This document shows positions 39,067 to 48,500 of a DNA stretch of 64,000 nt, one piece after another. This DNA comes from an uncultured Thiomicrospira sp. (GTDB lineage: Bacteria > Pseudomonadota > Gammaproteobacteria > CAKMZV01), in assembly GCA_965195345.1 (NCBI GenBank), contig OZ239628.1, positions 1,344,001 through 1,408,000 on the forward strand. The letters run 5' to 3'. The notes under the pieces are model-generated. The model had not been told where the DNA came from and ran no database searches. It was given only the letters and a program-made list of their open reading frames with translations. The translations under genes and the position numbers were made by a program. How positions within the stretch are numbered: the first letter of the stretch is position 1; each line of letters begins with the position of its first letter.

Positions 39067-40410
39067 TTAGACGCTAACATCACCACCCTCTGAATCACTA
39101 TTTGCACCATTGAGATCTTCAACTTGCGGCGTTTTCTTAGGCTTAGGAGGTGGAGCCTGCCACTGCACAATATGTTGACCCACAGCCTCGTAAAATTTGG
39201 TAACGCAGTCGACAAGCGACGGTACAAAATTTCTTCGTTGTGTGAATTTCCCACCAAGATCGGAAACGGATTTGATTTCAAAAACTCTCGGAAGTTGGCC
39301 TTTACGATCTCCAACAAGAGCATCAACATCATCTCTTATTTTTGAAAGCTCTGCATATGTGTCAGCTTTACGACCAGGCCACCTTGCAACCACCATCAAA
39401 CTTCCATCTTCTGTTTTAGCCAGTTGCCGAAGTAACCAGTTAACTGTAGCCGGTGCACGAGTCTTATCTCGAGGAGCATCAACTGACATTGAGACTGTTA
39501 CAGAACGTCTCGTTAGATCAGCCTCAACTGAAATAGCGGATGCCGCGTCCGGCACATCTAATCGACTTTCCAGTACTCCTGACCTAATGAATGATGCATG
39601 CATGGCATCCAAACGACCATTGGGGTCTTTACGTTCTTTAGCGTTTAATACCGTCGTGACATTAGTCTCGAGGTCTCGACTCATTAAAAGTGCAGTGCAG
39701 CGCGTTAATTCATCCCAATCGCTTACGACTGCTGGTCCAAGTGGCGATTTCTTGTCGAGCACAGACTTAGCAAAAAATAGTTTACAAGCTTCAACCCATT
39801 CCTTGCCCATTTGTTCAAATTCGCTGACACCAGTAGATTCGTGTTCAAGGAAACGTACGAATTCATTAAGCATGTAGGCTTGATCAGGATCAGACACAGC
39901 ACTTTTGGATAGTTGAATTTTGGCTTCAGTCTTCAAATATGACCAAGACCAGTGAAACAAGCATACTTTCTTCAACTTTTGCCGATTAATTTCGCACGGA
40001 GACTGTGTTGGCGTTGCCACAAATTGATTTGAAACTGTAATAACGGCATCAACACTCTGAGATTTTGCGATATCCAAATATCGTTCAATCTGTCCAGCAT
40101 CTAAATCGGCGCCCTTGGCTTTTGCCTCGACCAAAGCTCGCCACTCCCTGCGGCCGTTATTTACGACAATGAGTGCATCTGGTCGATCTTTATTGTCATT
40201 TTTGCCAGCCTTAAAAACCGGTTCAAGCCAAACCCACACTTTTGAACGTTTGCCAGTCGGCGCACCCACGGACCCAAGAAGCTCTTCGGCGAATTCTTGG
40301 ACAGCCATGAGCATGGCACACGTTACACATGTATTTTTTAATTCCGTTTTATTGGCAACTGGAATTAAGCGCGCTATCTCACCCGAAACCAAATATTCCG
40401 GTCGTTGCAT
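39067..40410 (-). CDS. PD-(D/E)XK superfamily nuclease-domain protein
   Basis: E...RPDALIVV...LVEAK...QIERY motif set in the N-terminal third; large unknown C-terminal region. Confidence 0.72.
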   Translation of the reverse strand: MQRPEYLVSGEIARLIPVANKTELKNTCVTCAMLMAVQEFAEELLGSVGAPTGKRSKVWVWLEPVFKAGKNDNKDRPDALIVVNNGRREWRALVEAKAKGADLDAGQIERYLDIAKSQSVDAVITVSNQFVATPTQSPCEINRQKLKKVCLFHWSWSYLKTEAKIQLSKSAVSDPDQAYMLNEFVRFLEHESTGVSEFEQMGKEWVEACKLFFAKSVLDKKSPLGPAVVSDWDELTRCTALLMSRDLETNVTTVLNAKERKDPNGRLDAMHASFIRSGVLESRLDVPDAASAISVEADLTRRSVTVSMSVDAPRDKTRAPATVNWLLRQLAKTEDGSLMVVARWPGRKADTYAELSKIRDDVDALVGDRKGQLPRVFEIKSVSDLGGKFTQRRNFVPSLVDCVTKFYEAVGQHIVQWQAPPPKPKKTPQVEDLNGANSDSEGGDVSV

Positions 40411-41119
40411 ATCATTCCTCCCTAAACGTTTTCCCCACTGACACCATAAACAAAATATCTATGATCTGCTACTTTCTGTGCTGTATGATATCTAGTATTA
40501 ACTATTACACTTAAATTGTACTATTATTGTGGTATTTTTCAAATGAAATTGACCTTCATTTCATAAGGTTCTTACCTGCACCTTTAGAATTTATTGACTG
40601 CAGGTATCTTTATGGTTGAAAGAACACTTGAGAAGATTAGCATAATTAAAACTAAAAAATCTTATTGTGACTAGGCAAGATGACCTTCTCCTTAAAAACA
40701 GTATCAATCAAAAGCAGAGAATTCTGGCAAAATCATTACCTAATTTATATAAGCAGGATAATTGTCATGAAGAAAACACAGTTGTATTCTCTTGTTCTAT
40801 TTTTAATTGTCTTGGTGCGTAAACAATACTCTTAGCTATCCCAGAAAATACGAATCTTCCTAGAATGAGCTATTCAGACGATTAAGAAAAAGTCATAATC
40901 TGGTATTTATGCAAGGCAGAATCTCTCACTGCCCTTAATAGTTGAAGTATCAAACTTAAAATCATAATATAATATCCATGAAAGGTACTGGGGCAATCGT
41001 ATCTTACCTGAAATTTAATGGCTGAGGTAAGCTTAATAAACGTGTTAAATTTAAAATACTATAAAAGACTTTCCCTCAAAGTAAGCCTTTAACTAAAACT
41101 CCGATTAAATGGGAGCGAT

Positions 41120-42229
41120 ATGAATTCAATTGTAAGTATAAGCAATCATCCTTTACAGATTCAAGTATTAACAATACTGGAAAACAACATTGAAAAGTTG
41201 GTAATGGATCTGGAAGATATTATTGAAAAAAAAGCAGATCTAATAAATCAAATCATTATTCTCAAATTATCTGGTGATTTGAAATTATCCATCCCTGATA
41301 TGGCTGTGCTTCTTGACACTCTGCAAGAAATGGAAATATTTGTCGCAGGTATCATTAGTTCAGATAAAAAACTCCGTGAATTTGCTCACTACAGTGGGCT
41401 TAAGTCAATGAATTATCTCCCTTCTCTTAATACTCAAGAAGAAAATAATAATGACTTTAATGCTGGTTTAGATAGCACAAAAATAGAACCTACAAACCAA
41501 GCATCACCTCCCAAAACACCTACACCAAGTGACGATGCCAAAAATATTTTCGATAACAATGGTGTAGAGGATTCTTCACAAAGTGCCGTAGGCAACAATG
41601 CTGACATAGATGGTTCTTCACAAGGCGCCGTAGATAATAATTCTCAATCACCTAACGTGCATGAGCCAACTGAGGAAAGCCATTCAAAAACAAAAGACTC
41701 AGAAAAAGCGACCCCACAAACCATCATAGTACGTCAACCTGTTAAAACAGGACAACGTATTCGTAATGAAAAAGGCGATTTGGTTATTCTTGGCCCAGTT
41801 GAAAAAGGGGCTATTGTTGCTGCTGCTGGGGATGTGATGATTCATTCTATATGCGAAGGAGTTGTTCTTGCTGGCATTAACGGCAATGCCGACTCGTCAA
41901 TTTATACCAATCAATTGCTTGCAGAAGCCATTGCAATCGGCAGTTATTTTGCAAAGAAAGACCAATATAGTAATGTTCGCAAAGATTTACCCTTGAAAAT
42001 AAGCCTAAATGGCAGTCAGTTAAATTTCACTGGTTTAAATAAGCAACTCACCCCTCCTCTTGAAAAGGAAACCTCTAAAGTTAGCACCCCTGAACCGATT
42101 ACTGATCAACAATCAAACCAAAATCCACATTGGTCCAACCAACAAGCTCCCGTTGCACAACCACATTCAACAAACAGTTCGTGGCAAGAGCCAAGAATAT
42201 CACCGATAACAGAAAATCAAACATTATAA
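41120..42229 (+). CDS. minC: MinC-like protein with long low-complexity linker and tail
   Basis: C-terminal beta-helix-like QPVKTGQ..GDLVILGPV..GA.V.A.GDV...LAG..G; no minD/minE adjacent. Confidence 0.6.
   Translation: MNSIVSISNHPLQIQVLTILENNIEKLVMDLEDIIEKKADLINQIIILKLSGDLKLSIPDMAVLLDTLQEMEIFVAGIISSDKKLREFAHYSGLKSMNYLPSLNTQEENNNDFNAGLDSTKIEPTNQASPPKTPTPSDDAKNIFDNNGVEDSSQSAVGNNADIDGSSQGAVDNNSQSPNVHEPTEESHSKTKDSEKATPQTIIVRQPVKTGQRIRNEKGDLVILGPVEKGAIVAAAGDVMIHSICEGVVLAGINGNADSSIYTNQLLAEAIAIGSYFAKKDQYSNVRKDLPLKISLNGSQLNFTGLNKQLTPPLEKETSKVSTPEPITDQQSNQNPHWSNQQAPVAQPHSTNSSWQEPRISPITENQTL
41570..41641 (+). repeat. 42-bp-period imperfect tandem duplication inside the MinC-like linker
   Basis: GATTCTTCACAAAGTGCCGTAGGCAACAAT and GGTTCTTCACAAGGCGCCGTAGATAATAAT (DSSQSAVGNN / GSSQGAVDNN). 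Confidence 0.7.
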
Positions 42230-42240
42230 AAAAATAAACG

Positions 42241-44130
42241 ATGCTACAAACAATAAGAAATTCTTCTAAAAGATGGGCTTGGATAGTAGTCGCACTCATC
42301 AGTCTACCTTTTGCTCTTTGGGGAGTTGAGCGATTTCAAACCAATGACACCCATGAAATAATTACTACTGTGGGTGAACGTGATATCACTCGAGCTATTT
42401 ATTCTCAATCTTACTTCACTCAAAAAAGACGTTTGCAAGATGATTTAGGAGACGAGTACGAAACACGCGTTGACGATGTAAAACTACAACAGCAAGTATT
42501 TCAGAGATTAATTCTCTCGGCTTTAGTTGAATCCTACGCTAAAGAAAGTGGATTTGCAATAAGCGACAAAATGCTTGCAGATTCCATTCGCTCTCAATCC
42601 GCTCTTTTAGACGCTTCTGGTAATTTTGATGTTGAGAAGTACAAGCTTTTTTTGAATTTGAATGGATTTACTCCTGCTGTTTATGAAGAACAATTGCGTT
42701 GGCAAGGTCTAAGTAACCAATTGACTGACGCTTATGTTCGGAGCAATTTTATTACCGATGGAGAAGTAGAGTCATTCAAAGAATTATCTTCGCACGAAAG
42801 AGAGGTTGCTTGGGTTACACTTCCATGGTCGCAAGTTGCAAATGAAATCACTGTCAGTGAAGAAGAAATAGCTTCATTCTACGAGAAAAATCAACAAGCC
42901 TTTAGCGTCCCCGAAGAAATAAAAATTGAATATATTGCGCTTGAAGTAGATGACTTGATTGACTCCATACAAGCCTCTGATGAGGATGTTGAAAACTTTT
43001 ACGATGAAAATAAGAATCAGTTTCTAAAAGAAGAACGTCGTCACATCCGACATATACTATTCAATTTAGGGGATTTAGATGCCGCACAAAATGTACTGGC
43101 CGAAATTAAAAACGGTGCAGATTTTGAAGCATTGGCCAGAGAATATTCAATCGATACTGTGTCAAGTAAAGACGGAGGAGACTTAGGAACGTTTTCTCGC
43201 GGTGTTATGGTTGCACCATTTGAAGAATCTGCTTTTAGCCTTGATGAAGGAGAAATTTCTGGATTGGTTGAAACTCAATTTGGCTATCACATCATTAAAG
43301 TGGTTGATATTGAAGAATCTGAAATTGAACCGCTCGTGATAATTTTTGATGAAGTTAAGCGTGCCTATCAACGCGATGAAGCATTAGCTCGATTTTTTGA
43401 ATTACAAGATACTTTAGCAACGACTGGGTATGAAAATCCAACCGCTCTCAGTGTTGCTTCAGAGGCTACAGGGTTAATAGTTAATACTTCAGAGTGGTTC
43501 TCATCCAATTCTGGAACGGGCATAGCTAGAAACAAGAATATTAGAGAAAGTGCTTTTAGTAAAAATGTGAAAATTGACGGTAACAATAGCGACATAATTG
43601 AAATTACTCCAGAACATGTGGCTATGATTCGTAAAAAAGAAGTTGCAGCAGCATACGTTAAACCACTTGCAGAGGTCGAAGAAAGTATTCGCACCTCACT
43701 ACTTAGAGAAAAATCCACCAATTTACTTTTAGAAAGAACACAACAAGACATCAAATCTTTAACTGAGAAAAATGTCACTTGGGAAGAAGTTTTAGCAAAA
43801 TATGAAATATCAACAGGAAGCGTGACCTTTACTTGGAAAGATGGCAATCCAGTAGGAAATGACCTTGAAGACAAAGTTACCGAATTGTTATTTAATATGT
43901 TACGCTCTTACTCTGCTTCCCAAATTCAATATAATGTCGCAGAATCCAGCTTGGGAGATATACTAATACTGGCAAACCGAAACTCCAGATCACCTTTAGA
44001 AAGCAGTGATTCGACAGAAGAAGTTGTTGAACTTCTTTTTAACTTTCAACAACAAAACGAACAGGTCTCGATATTTCAATTTCTTCAGGAAAAATACGAC
44101 ATTAATAACATTGACACATCTCGACTATAG
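42241..44130 (+). CDS. ppiD: periplasmic folding chaperone / parvulin PPIase
   Basis: N-terminal TM, SurA-like region, RHIL...FEALAREYS.D..S...GGDLG...ETQFGYHII rotamase domain. Confidence 0.88.
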   Translation: MLQTIRNSSKRWAWIVVALISLPFALWGVERFQTNDTHEIITTVGERDITRAIYSQSYFTQKRRLQDDLGDEYETRVDDVKLQQQVFQRLILSALVESYAKESGFAISDKMLADSIRSQSALLDASGNFDVEKYKLFLNLNGFTPAVYEEQLRWQGLSNQLTDAYVRSNFITDGEVESFKELSSHEREVAWVTLPWSQVANEITVSEEEIASFYEKNQQAFSVPEEIKIEYIALEVDDLIDSIQASDEDVENFYDENKNQFLKEERRHIRHILFNLGDLDAAQNVLAEIKNGADFEALAREYSIDTVSSKDGGDLGTFSRGVMVAPFEESAFSLDEGEISGLVETQFGYHIIKVVDIEESEIEPLVIIFDEVKRAYQRDEALARFFELQDTLATTGYENPTALSVASEATGLIVNTSEWFSSNSGTGIARNKNIRESAFSKNVKIDGNNSDIIEITPEHVAMIRKKEVAAAYVKPLAEVEESIRTSLLREKSTNLLLERTQQDIKSLTEKNVTWEEVLAKYEISTGSVTFTWKDGNPVGNDLEDKVTELLFNMLRSYSASQIQYNVAESSLGDILILANRNSRSPLESSDSTEEVVELLFNFQQQNEQVSIFQFLQEKYDINNIDTSRL

Positions 44131-44138
44131 GAGTCATC

Positions 44139-44723
44139 ATGGAACACACTTTACCAAAAATTAGTTACGAATACGGTGATCTAGCCCCAATAATTGGGAA
44201 AGAAACAATGGAATTACACCATAGTAAGCATCATCAAACCTATGTTGATAATTTAAACAAACTGATACCAGGCACAGAATATGAAAATATGACGCTTGAG
44301 CAGATTGTACAAAAAGCACCAGCTGGTGGCATTTTCAACAACGCAGCGCAACATTGGAACCACTGCCAATTCTGGGAAATGATTGCTCCAAATGGCAGCA
44401 ATGAACCAACTGGAAAACTAGCAGATGCCATTTGTGCATTAAGCGGCACATTCGAAGATTTCAAAAGTCAATTTGAAACGACTGGTGCAACAACTTTTGG
44501 TTCGGGATGGGCGTGGCTTGCTCAAGAAAGCGATGGAACACTATGTCTAATGAGTTGTTCTAACGCAGACAACCCTCTTAAACACGGCAAGAATACGCTA
44601 TTAGGTGTTGATGTGTGGGAGCATGCTTATTATGTTGACTATAGAAATCGTCGCCCTGAATATTTGAAAAATTTTTGGAAGGTTGTCAATTGGGATAATG
44701 TAAGCCAACGTTTTAATGGTTAG
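44139..44723 (+). CDS. sodB: superoxide dismutase [Fe]
   Basis: HHSKHHQTY, NNAAQHWNH, FGSGWAWL, DVWEHAYY. Confidence 0.93.
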   Translation: MEHTLPKISYEYGDLAPIIGKETMELHHSKHHQTYVDNLNKLIPGTEYENMTLEQIVQKAPAGGIFNNAAQHWNHCQFWEMIAPNGSNEPTGKLADAICALSGTFEDFKSQFETTGATTFGSGWAWLAQESDGTLCLMSCSNADNPLKHGKNTLLGVDVWEHAYYVDYRNRRPEYLKNFWKVVNWDNVSQRFNG

Positions 44724-44732
44724 GAACCACAC

Positions 44733-45650
44733 ATGGATCCTCTCGACCACAGAGTAAATCAGCAAGCACTTGAACTTGCAAATGAAATTTTGCAAGAGAA
44801 TAAACGAAATAGAAGAGCGCGATGGTTGGGGCGCGCCTTTTGGGTTGTTCTATTCGTTTCTATAGCAATTTTTCTTAATTCAAAAGAAAATAATGTGGTG
44901 TCTGAACCGCATATTGCAGTGGTTGATTTGATTGGTCCAATGCTCTCTGGAACGCAAGCAAGCTCAGAAGCGGTTATTCCCGTTATGAGACAGGCTTTTG
45001 AAAATCCAAACAGCAAAGCAGTTTTTTTCAATGCAAACTCTCCTGGTGGTTCTCCTGTCCAAGCCTCTCGAATCAATAAAGCGCTTATCAGGTTAAAAGA
45101 AGAATATAACAAGCCAGTTTATTCAGTCATTTCAGATTTGTGTGCATCCGCCTGCTATTATGCAATAGCCCACAGCGATAAAATTTTTGCTGATTCCGTA
45201 AGCCTTGTGGGTTCAATAGGTGTTCGTTTGGAAAGTTATGATTTAAGAGAATTGGCAAACAAAGTTGGTGTTAAGCAACGTTTGTACACTTCAGGAAAAT
45301 ACAAAGCACTTATCAATCCTTTTTCTAATGTTCCAGTAGAAGTAGAGGAACATTTGCAAGCAGTTATTGATGAGACACATCAAGAGTTCATAAGTGTTGT
45401 TAAATCAGGACGTCAAAACAAACTTACTGATGATCCATTGCTTTTTAGCGGATTAATTTGGGGAGGTAGTGAAGCATTACAACTTGGTCTGATTGATACC
45501 ATCGGTGATTCGTATAAAGCTGCTGGTGATTTCAAGCCAATAACATTGATCAATTACACACCAAAAGAATCCATTCTTGAAAGATTTCTTGATGCTTTTG
45601 AAAACATTATTCTACTTACACAAAGTAGCCAACAAATACAACTGCGTTAA
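44733..45650 (+). CDS. sppA: S49 family peptidase (SppA-like)
   Basis: NSPGGS, CASACYY, VGSIGV, SGKYK. Confidence 0.85.
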   Translation: MDPLDHRVNQQALELANEILQENKRNRRARWLGRAFWVVLFVSIAIFLNSKENNVVSEPHIAVVDLIGPMLSGTQASSEAVIPVMRQAFENPNSKAVFFNANSPGGSPVQASRINKALIRLKEEYNKPVYSVISDLCASACYYAIAHSDKIFADSVSLVGSIGVRLESYDLRELANKVGVKQRLYTSGKYKALINPFSNVPVEVEEHLQAVIDETHQEFISVVKSGRQNKLTDDPLLFSGLIWGGSEALQLGLIDTIGDSYKAAGDFKPITLINYTPKESILERFLDAFENIILLTQSSQQIQLR

Positions 45651-45743
45651 TCACTGTATCAATAAATTCATAGTTCGTTATTTTCATTACGCTTCATGTC
45701 CCATCACAACATTTTTTATTATTTTTCTTAAACCAGTATCCCT

Positions 45744-46844
45744 ATGAAAGTTATCGTAGGTCTTTCAGGAGGAGTAGATTCTTCAGTAACAGCCTTGCTC
45801 CTTAAAAATCAAGGATATGATGTTGAAGGGCTCTTCATGAAAAATTGGGAAGATGAAGAAAATTTAGACTGCCCTGTAGCACAAGATTTAAGGGATGTGA
45901 TGCAAGTTTGTGAGATTATAGATATTCCTTTGCATGTGGAAAATTTTGCTTCAGAATACCGCAGTCAAGTATTCAGTCATTTCATATCAGAATACGAAAA
46001 AGGTCGAACTCCAAACCCAGATATACTCTGCAATAAAGAAATCAAATTTCGAGTGTTCCTTGATCATGCCAAATCACTAGGTGCGGATTTTATTGCCACA
46101 GGTCATTATGCGGGCATAAATAAACTCAACTCAACATATCATTTATGTGTTGCCAGCGATGATAGCAAAGACCAAACTTACTTCCTCTATGCATTAGGCC
46201 AGTACCAACTTGAGAATAGCTTATTCCCTCTGCATCATTGGCAAAAAAAAGATGTGCGCGCATTCGCAGAAAAAAATAAATTACCCGTGTATGGGAAAAA
46301 AGACAGCACTGGGATCTGTTTTATTGGTGCAAAATCTTTTAAGAGCTTTCTCAATAAATATATTCAAGGAAAACAAGGAGATATTGTTGACACAAATGGT
46401 AACATTTTAGGTCAACATCATGGACTGATTTTTCATACGATCGGACAGAGAAAAGGTTTAGAGATAGGAGGAATTAAAGATCACGATGGCAGTCCTTGGT
46501 ATGTATATAAAAAAGATGCAGCTACAAATACGCTATACGTTGCACCTAAAAATCACCAATGCCACTATCATAAAATCGTATTTACAGAGCAAATATCTTG
46601 GGTAAATGCCCCGCCTAGTGTAGATACTCAGCTGCAAGCACGCCTGCGTCATCAGCAACCCTTGCAGAAATGTTTTATAAAAGAAATTAATAACGAATCG
46701 TTCGTATTAGAGTTTTTAGAATATCAATGGGCAATAAGCCCTGGGCAATCCGTTGTTTTATACGATAATGGCTACTGTATAGGTGGAGGCGTGATAGCAT
46801 CCAAATCTTATCAAGCATTGAATAAACACTCAAAAGGAGAATAA
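45744..46844 (+). CDS. mnmA: tRNA-specific 2-thiouridylase
   Basis: SGGVDS, TPNPDILCN, ATGHY, KDQTYFL, DSTGICFIG, PGQSVV.Y. Confidence 0.97.
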   Translation: MKVIVGLSGGVDSSVTALLLKNQGYDVEGLFMKNWEDEENLDCPVAQDLRDVMQVCEIIDIPLHVENFASEYRSQVFSHFISEYEKGRTPNPDILCNKEIKFRVFLDHAKSLGADFIATGHYAGINKLNSTYHLCVASDDSKDQTYFLYALGQYQLENSLFPLHHWQKKDVRAFAEKNKLPVYGKKDSTGICFIGAKSFKSFLNKYIQGKQGDIVDTNGNILGQHHGLIFHTIGQRKGLEIGGIKDHDGSPWYVYKKDAATNTLYVAPKNHQCHYHKIVFTEQISWVNAPPSVDTQLQARLRHQQPLQKCFIKEINNESFVLEFLEYQWAISPGQSVVLYDNGYCIGGGVIASKSYQALNKHSKGE

Positions 46845-46845
46845 A

Positions 46846-47166
46846 GTGCCAAAGGTCATATATATAGATGATGGTGGAAGCCGCGAAGAAGTTGAGCTCA
46901 AAAACAACACCAGTGTTATGGAAGGTGCCGTTCGGAACGGCATAGATGGCATAGTAGCTGAATGCGGCGGATGTTGTTCATGCGCCACTTGCCACGTTTA
47001 TGTTGATGAAGCTTGGGTAGGAAAAACAGGAGTGCCGAGTTCGTTAGAAGATGAAATGCTTGAATGTACGGAGTCAGAGCGTAGAGCAAATTCAAGATTG
47101 AGTTGTCAATTGAAAGTCTCAGACGAACTAGATGGGTTAATAGTGCATACTCCACCGGCTCAGTAA
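46846..47166 (+). CDS. 2Fe-2S ferredoxin (adrenodoxin/putidaredoxin type)
   Basis: CGGCCSCATCHV...SRLSCQ. Confidence 0.92.
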   Translation: MPKVIYIDDGGSREEVELKNNTSVMEGAVRNGIDGIVAECGGCCSCATCHVYVDEAWVGKTGVPSSLEDEMLECTESERRANSRLSCQLKVSDELDGLIVHTPPAQ

Positions 47167-47198
47167 AAATAAAACGTCCAAAAAACAGACACCAAAAG

Positions 47199-48500
47199 TT
47201 AAATTTTACTACTTATAATTTCAATGAGTTTGTGGGTTACTCTTCCATTAACTTCTAATTCAAAATTCATTTGAAATTTTCGAACAGCCTTTCTTGTTTT
47301 AGGACCAATAAAGCCGTCAATTGGTCCTGGGTTGTATCCAAGATCACGTAACCTTCTTTGAACCAAACGCACGTTCTCTCTCGTTATTCTTGATTTAACC
47401 GTGCTCGCATTGCTTGATGTTGCTTTTTTGCTGTTGGTTACGTAGACTGCTCCTTTCTTACTTTTATGTTTATCCGTTTTTTTCTTCCCCTCCCCTATCA
47501 CGCGGATATCTAAAGCCTCTTCTGCTCCTCCTTTTGAAATTGCATCAGCTAATAGCCCTACAGCAACCGCATAATTTATTGAATCATTCCAATTGAATAA
47601 CGTGTAAAAGTTATCATACAGAAGAAAAGCTCTGCTTTTTTTACCTTTCAACACAAGTAAAGACGCTTTGATATGCTTATTCCGCAAATCAAGTCTTCTT
47701 CCATCCAAATGCTGCACCCCTTGGTCGTGCCAACGCTTTACAGGTAAAGTAATGTCTAGCCCCGTGCCCGATACATTAAAACCTTTTGGTATTTTAACTT
47801 CCTCACCCCACAAAAGCTGATTTTGCCACCCTTGTCTATTCATAAAGTTAGCAGAAGAATGCATAACATCCGGCAACTCGTTCCAGAGGTCTTTAATTCC
47901 ATTATCATTACCGTCAACAGCATAATCCAAGTAATCGCTTACCGAAAACTGTGGTTGCCCTAAATCCCCTACTAAAGAGCCCTTCATGTCTCTCCAATCA
48001 ATTCCCTCTCTTTCAATTAACTGAAAGGCATCAATCAATCGTTCTTCATATACTTTAGAGGATTGGTGTGAATACGCTAATGATAATAACGCATCGAATA
48101 CTGGCACCTTTCCAAGATGCCTCCCATAATCACTTTCCATCCCCCATAGAGCCACTAAAATATAGGGAGAAACTTTATATTTCTCAGTTACTTCAGAGAG
48201 AAGAGCACGATGCGTCTGAAGTTTCTTAATTCCAGTTGCAATCCGAGTATTCGACAATTGCTTTCTCAAATAAGTCGATAAATCTAAAAATATTTCAGGC
48301 TTCTTTTTACTATATGAAACAACTTTTGCAGTGTATTTGGAATTTTCCAAAACATCACTAACCAGCTGTTTGTTAAGATTTTCGTTTTTGAGTAATTTAA
48401 CTCGCAATAACTCAGTATAGTCGCTAAACCCTGTATCACTGTTCACTAAATTACTCCATAAACCGAAGCAAATAAAAATCAAAAAACTGTATGACTTCAC
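47199..48500 (-). CDS. lytic murein transglycosylase (SLT_2) with C-terminal peptidoglycan-binding domain
   Basis: LWGMESDYG, GQPQF, AVDGNDNG; VQRRL..LGY.PG.IDG..GPKT. Confidence 0.85.
   Translation of the reverse strand: MKSYSFLIFICFGLWSNLVNSDTGFSDYTELLRVKLLKNENLNKQLVSDVLENSKYTAKVVSYSKKKPEIFLDLSTYLRKQLSNTRIATGIKKLQTHRALLSEVTEKYKVSPYILVALWGMESDYGRHLGKVPVFDALLSLAYSHQSSKVYEERLIDAFQLIEREGIDWRDMKGSLVGDLGQPQFSVSDYLDYAVDGNDNGIKDLWNELPDVMHSSANFMNRQGWQNQLLWGEEVKIPKGFNVSGTGLDITLPVKRWHDQGVQHLDGRRLDLRNKHIKASLLVLKGKKSRAFLLYDNFYTLFNWNDSINYAVAVGLLADAISKGGAEEALDIRVIGEGKKKTDKHKSKKGAVYVTNSKKATSSNASTVKSRITRENVRLVQRRLRDLGYNPGPIDGFIGPKTRKAVRKFQMNFELEVNGRVTHKLIEIISSKI

Larger units (their letters stand above)
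34972..39072 (+). mobile_element. integron gene-cassette array lacking an integrase (CALIN)
   Basis: Co-oriented small ORFs separated by attC-like spacers ending in GGCGTTATAA (36513, 36973, 37455) and AGCGTTACAT (38472); TAAC-type R'' at or near the stops; no intI ORF in the window. Confidence 0.8.

Noticed and set aside
39197-39877. 226-aa antisense ORF, and the other short overlapping ORFs in the six-frame track
   Set aside because: Shadows of real genes on the opposite strand or frame; no motifs or SD sequences
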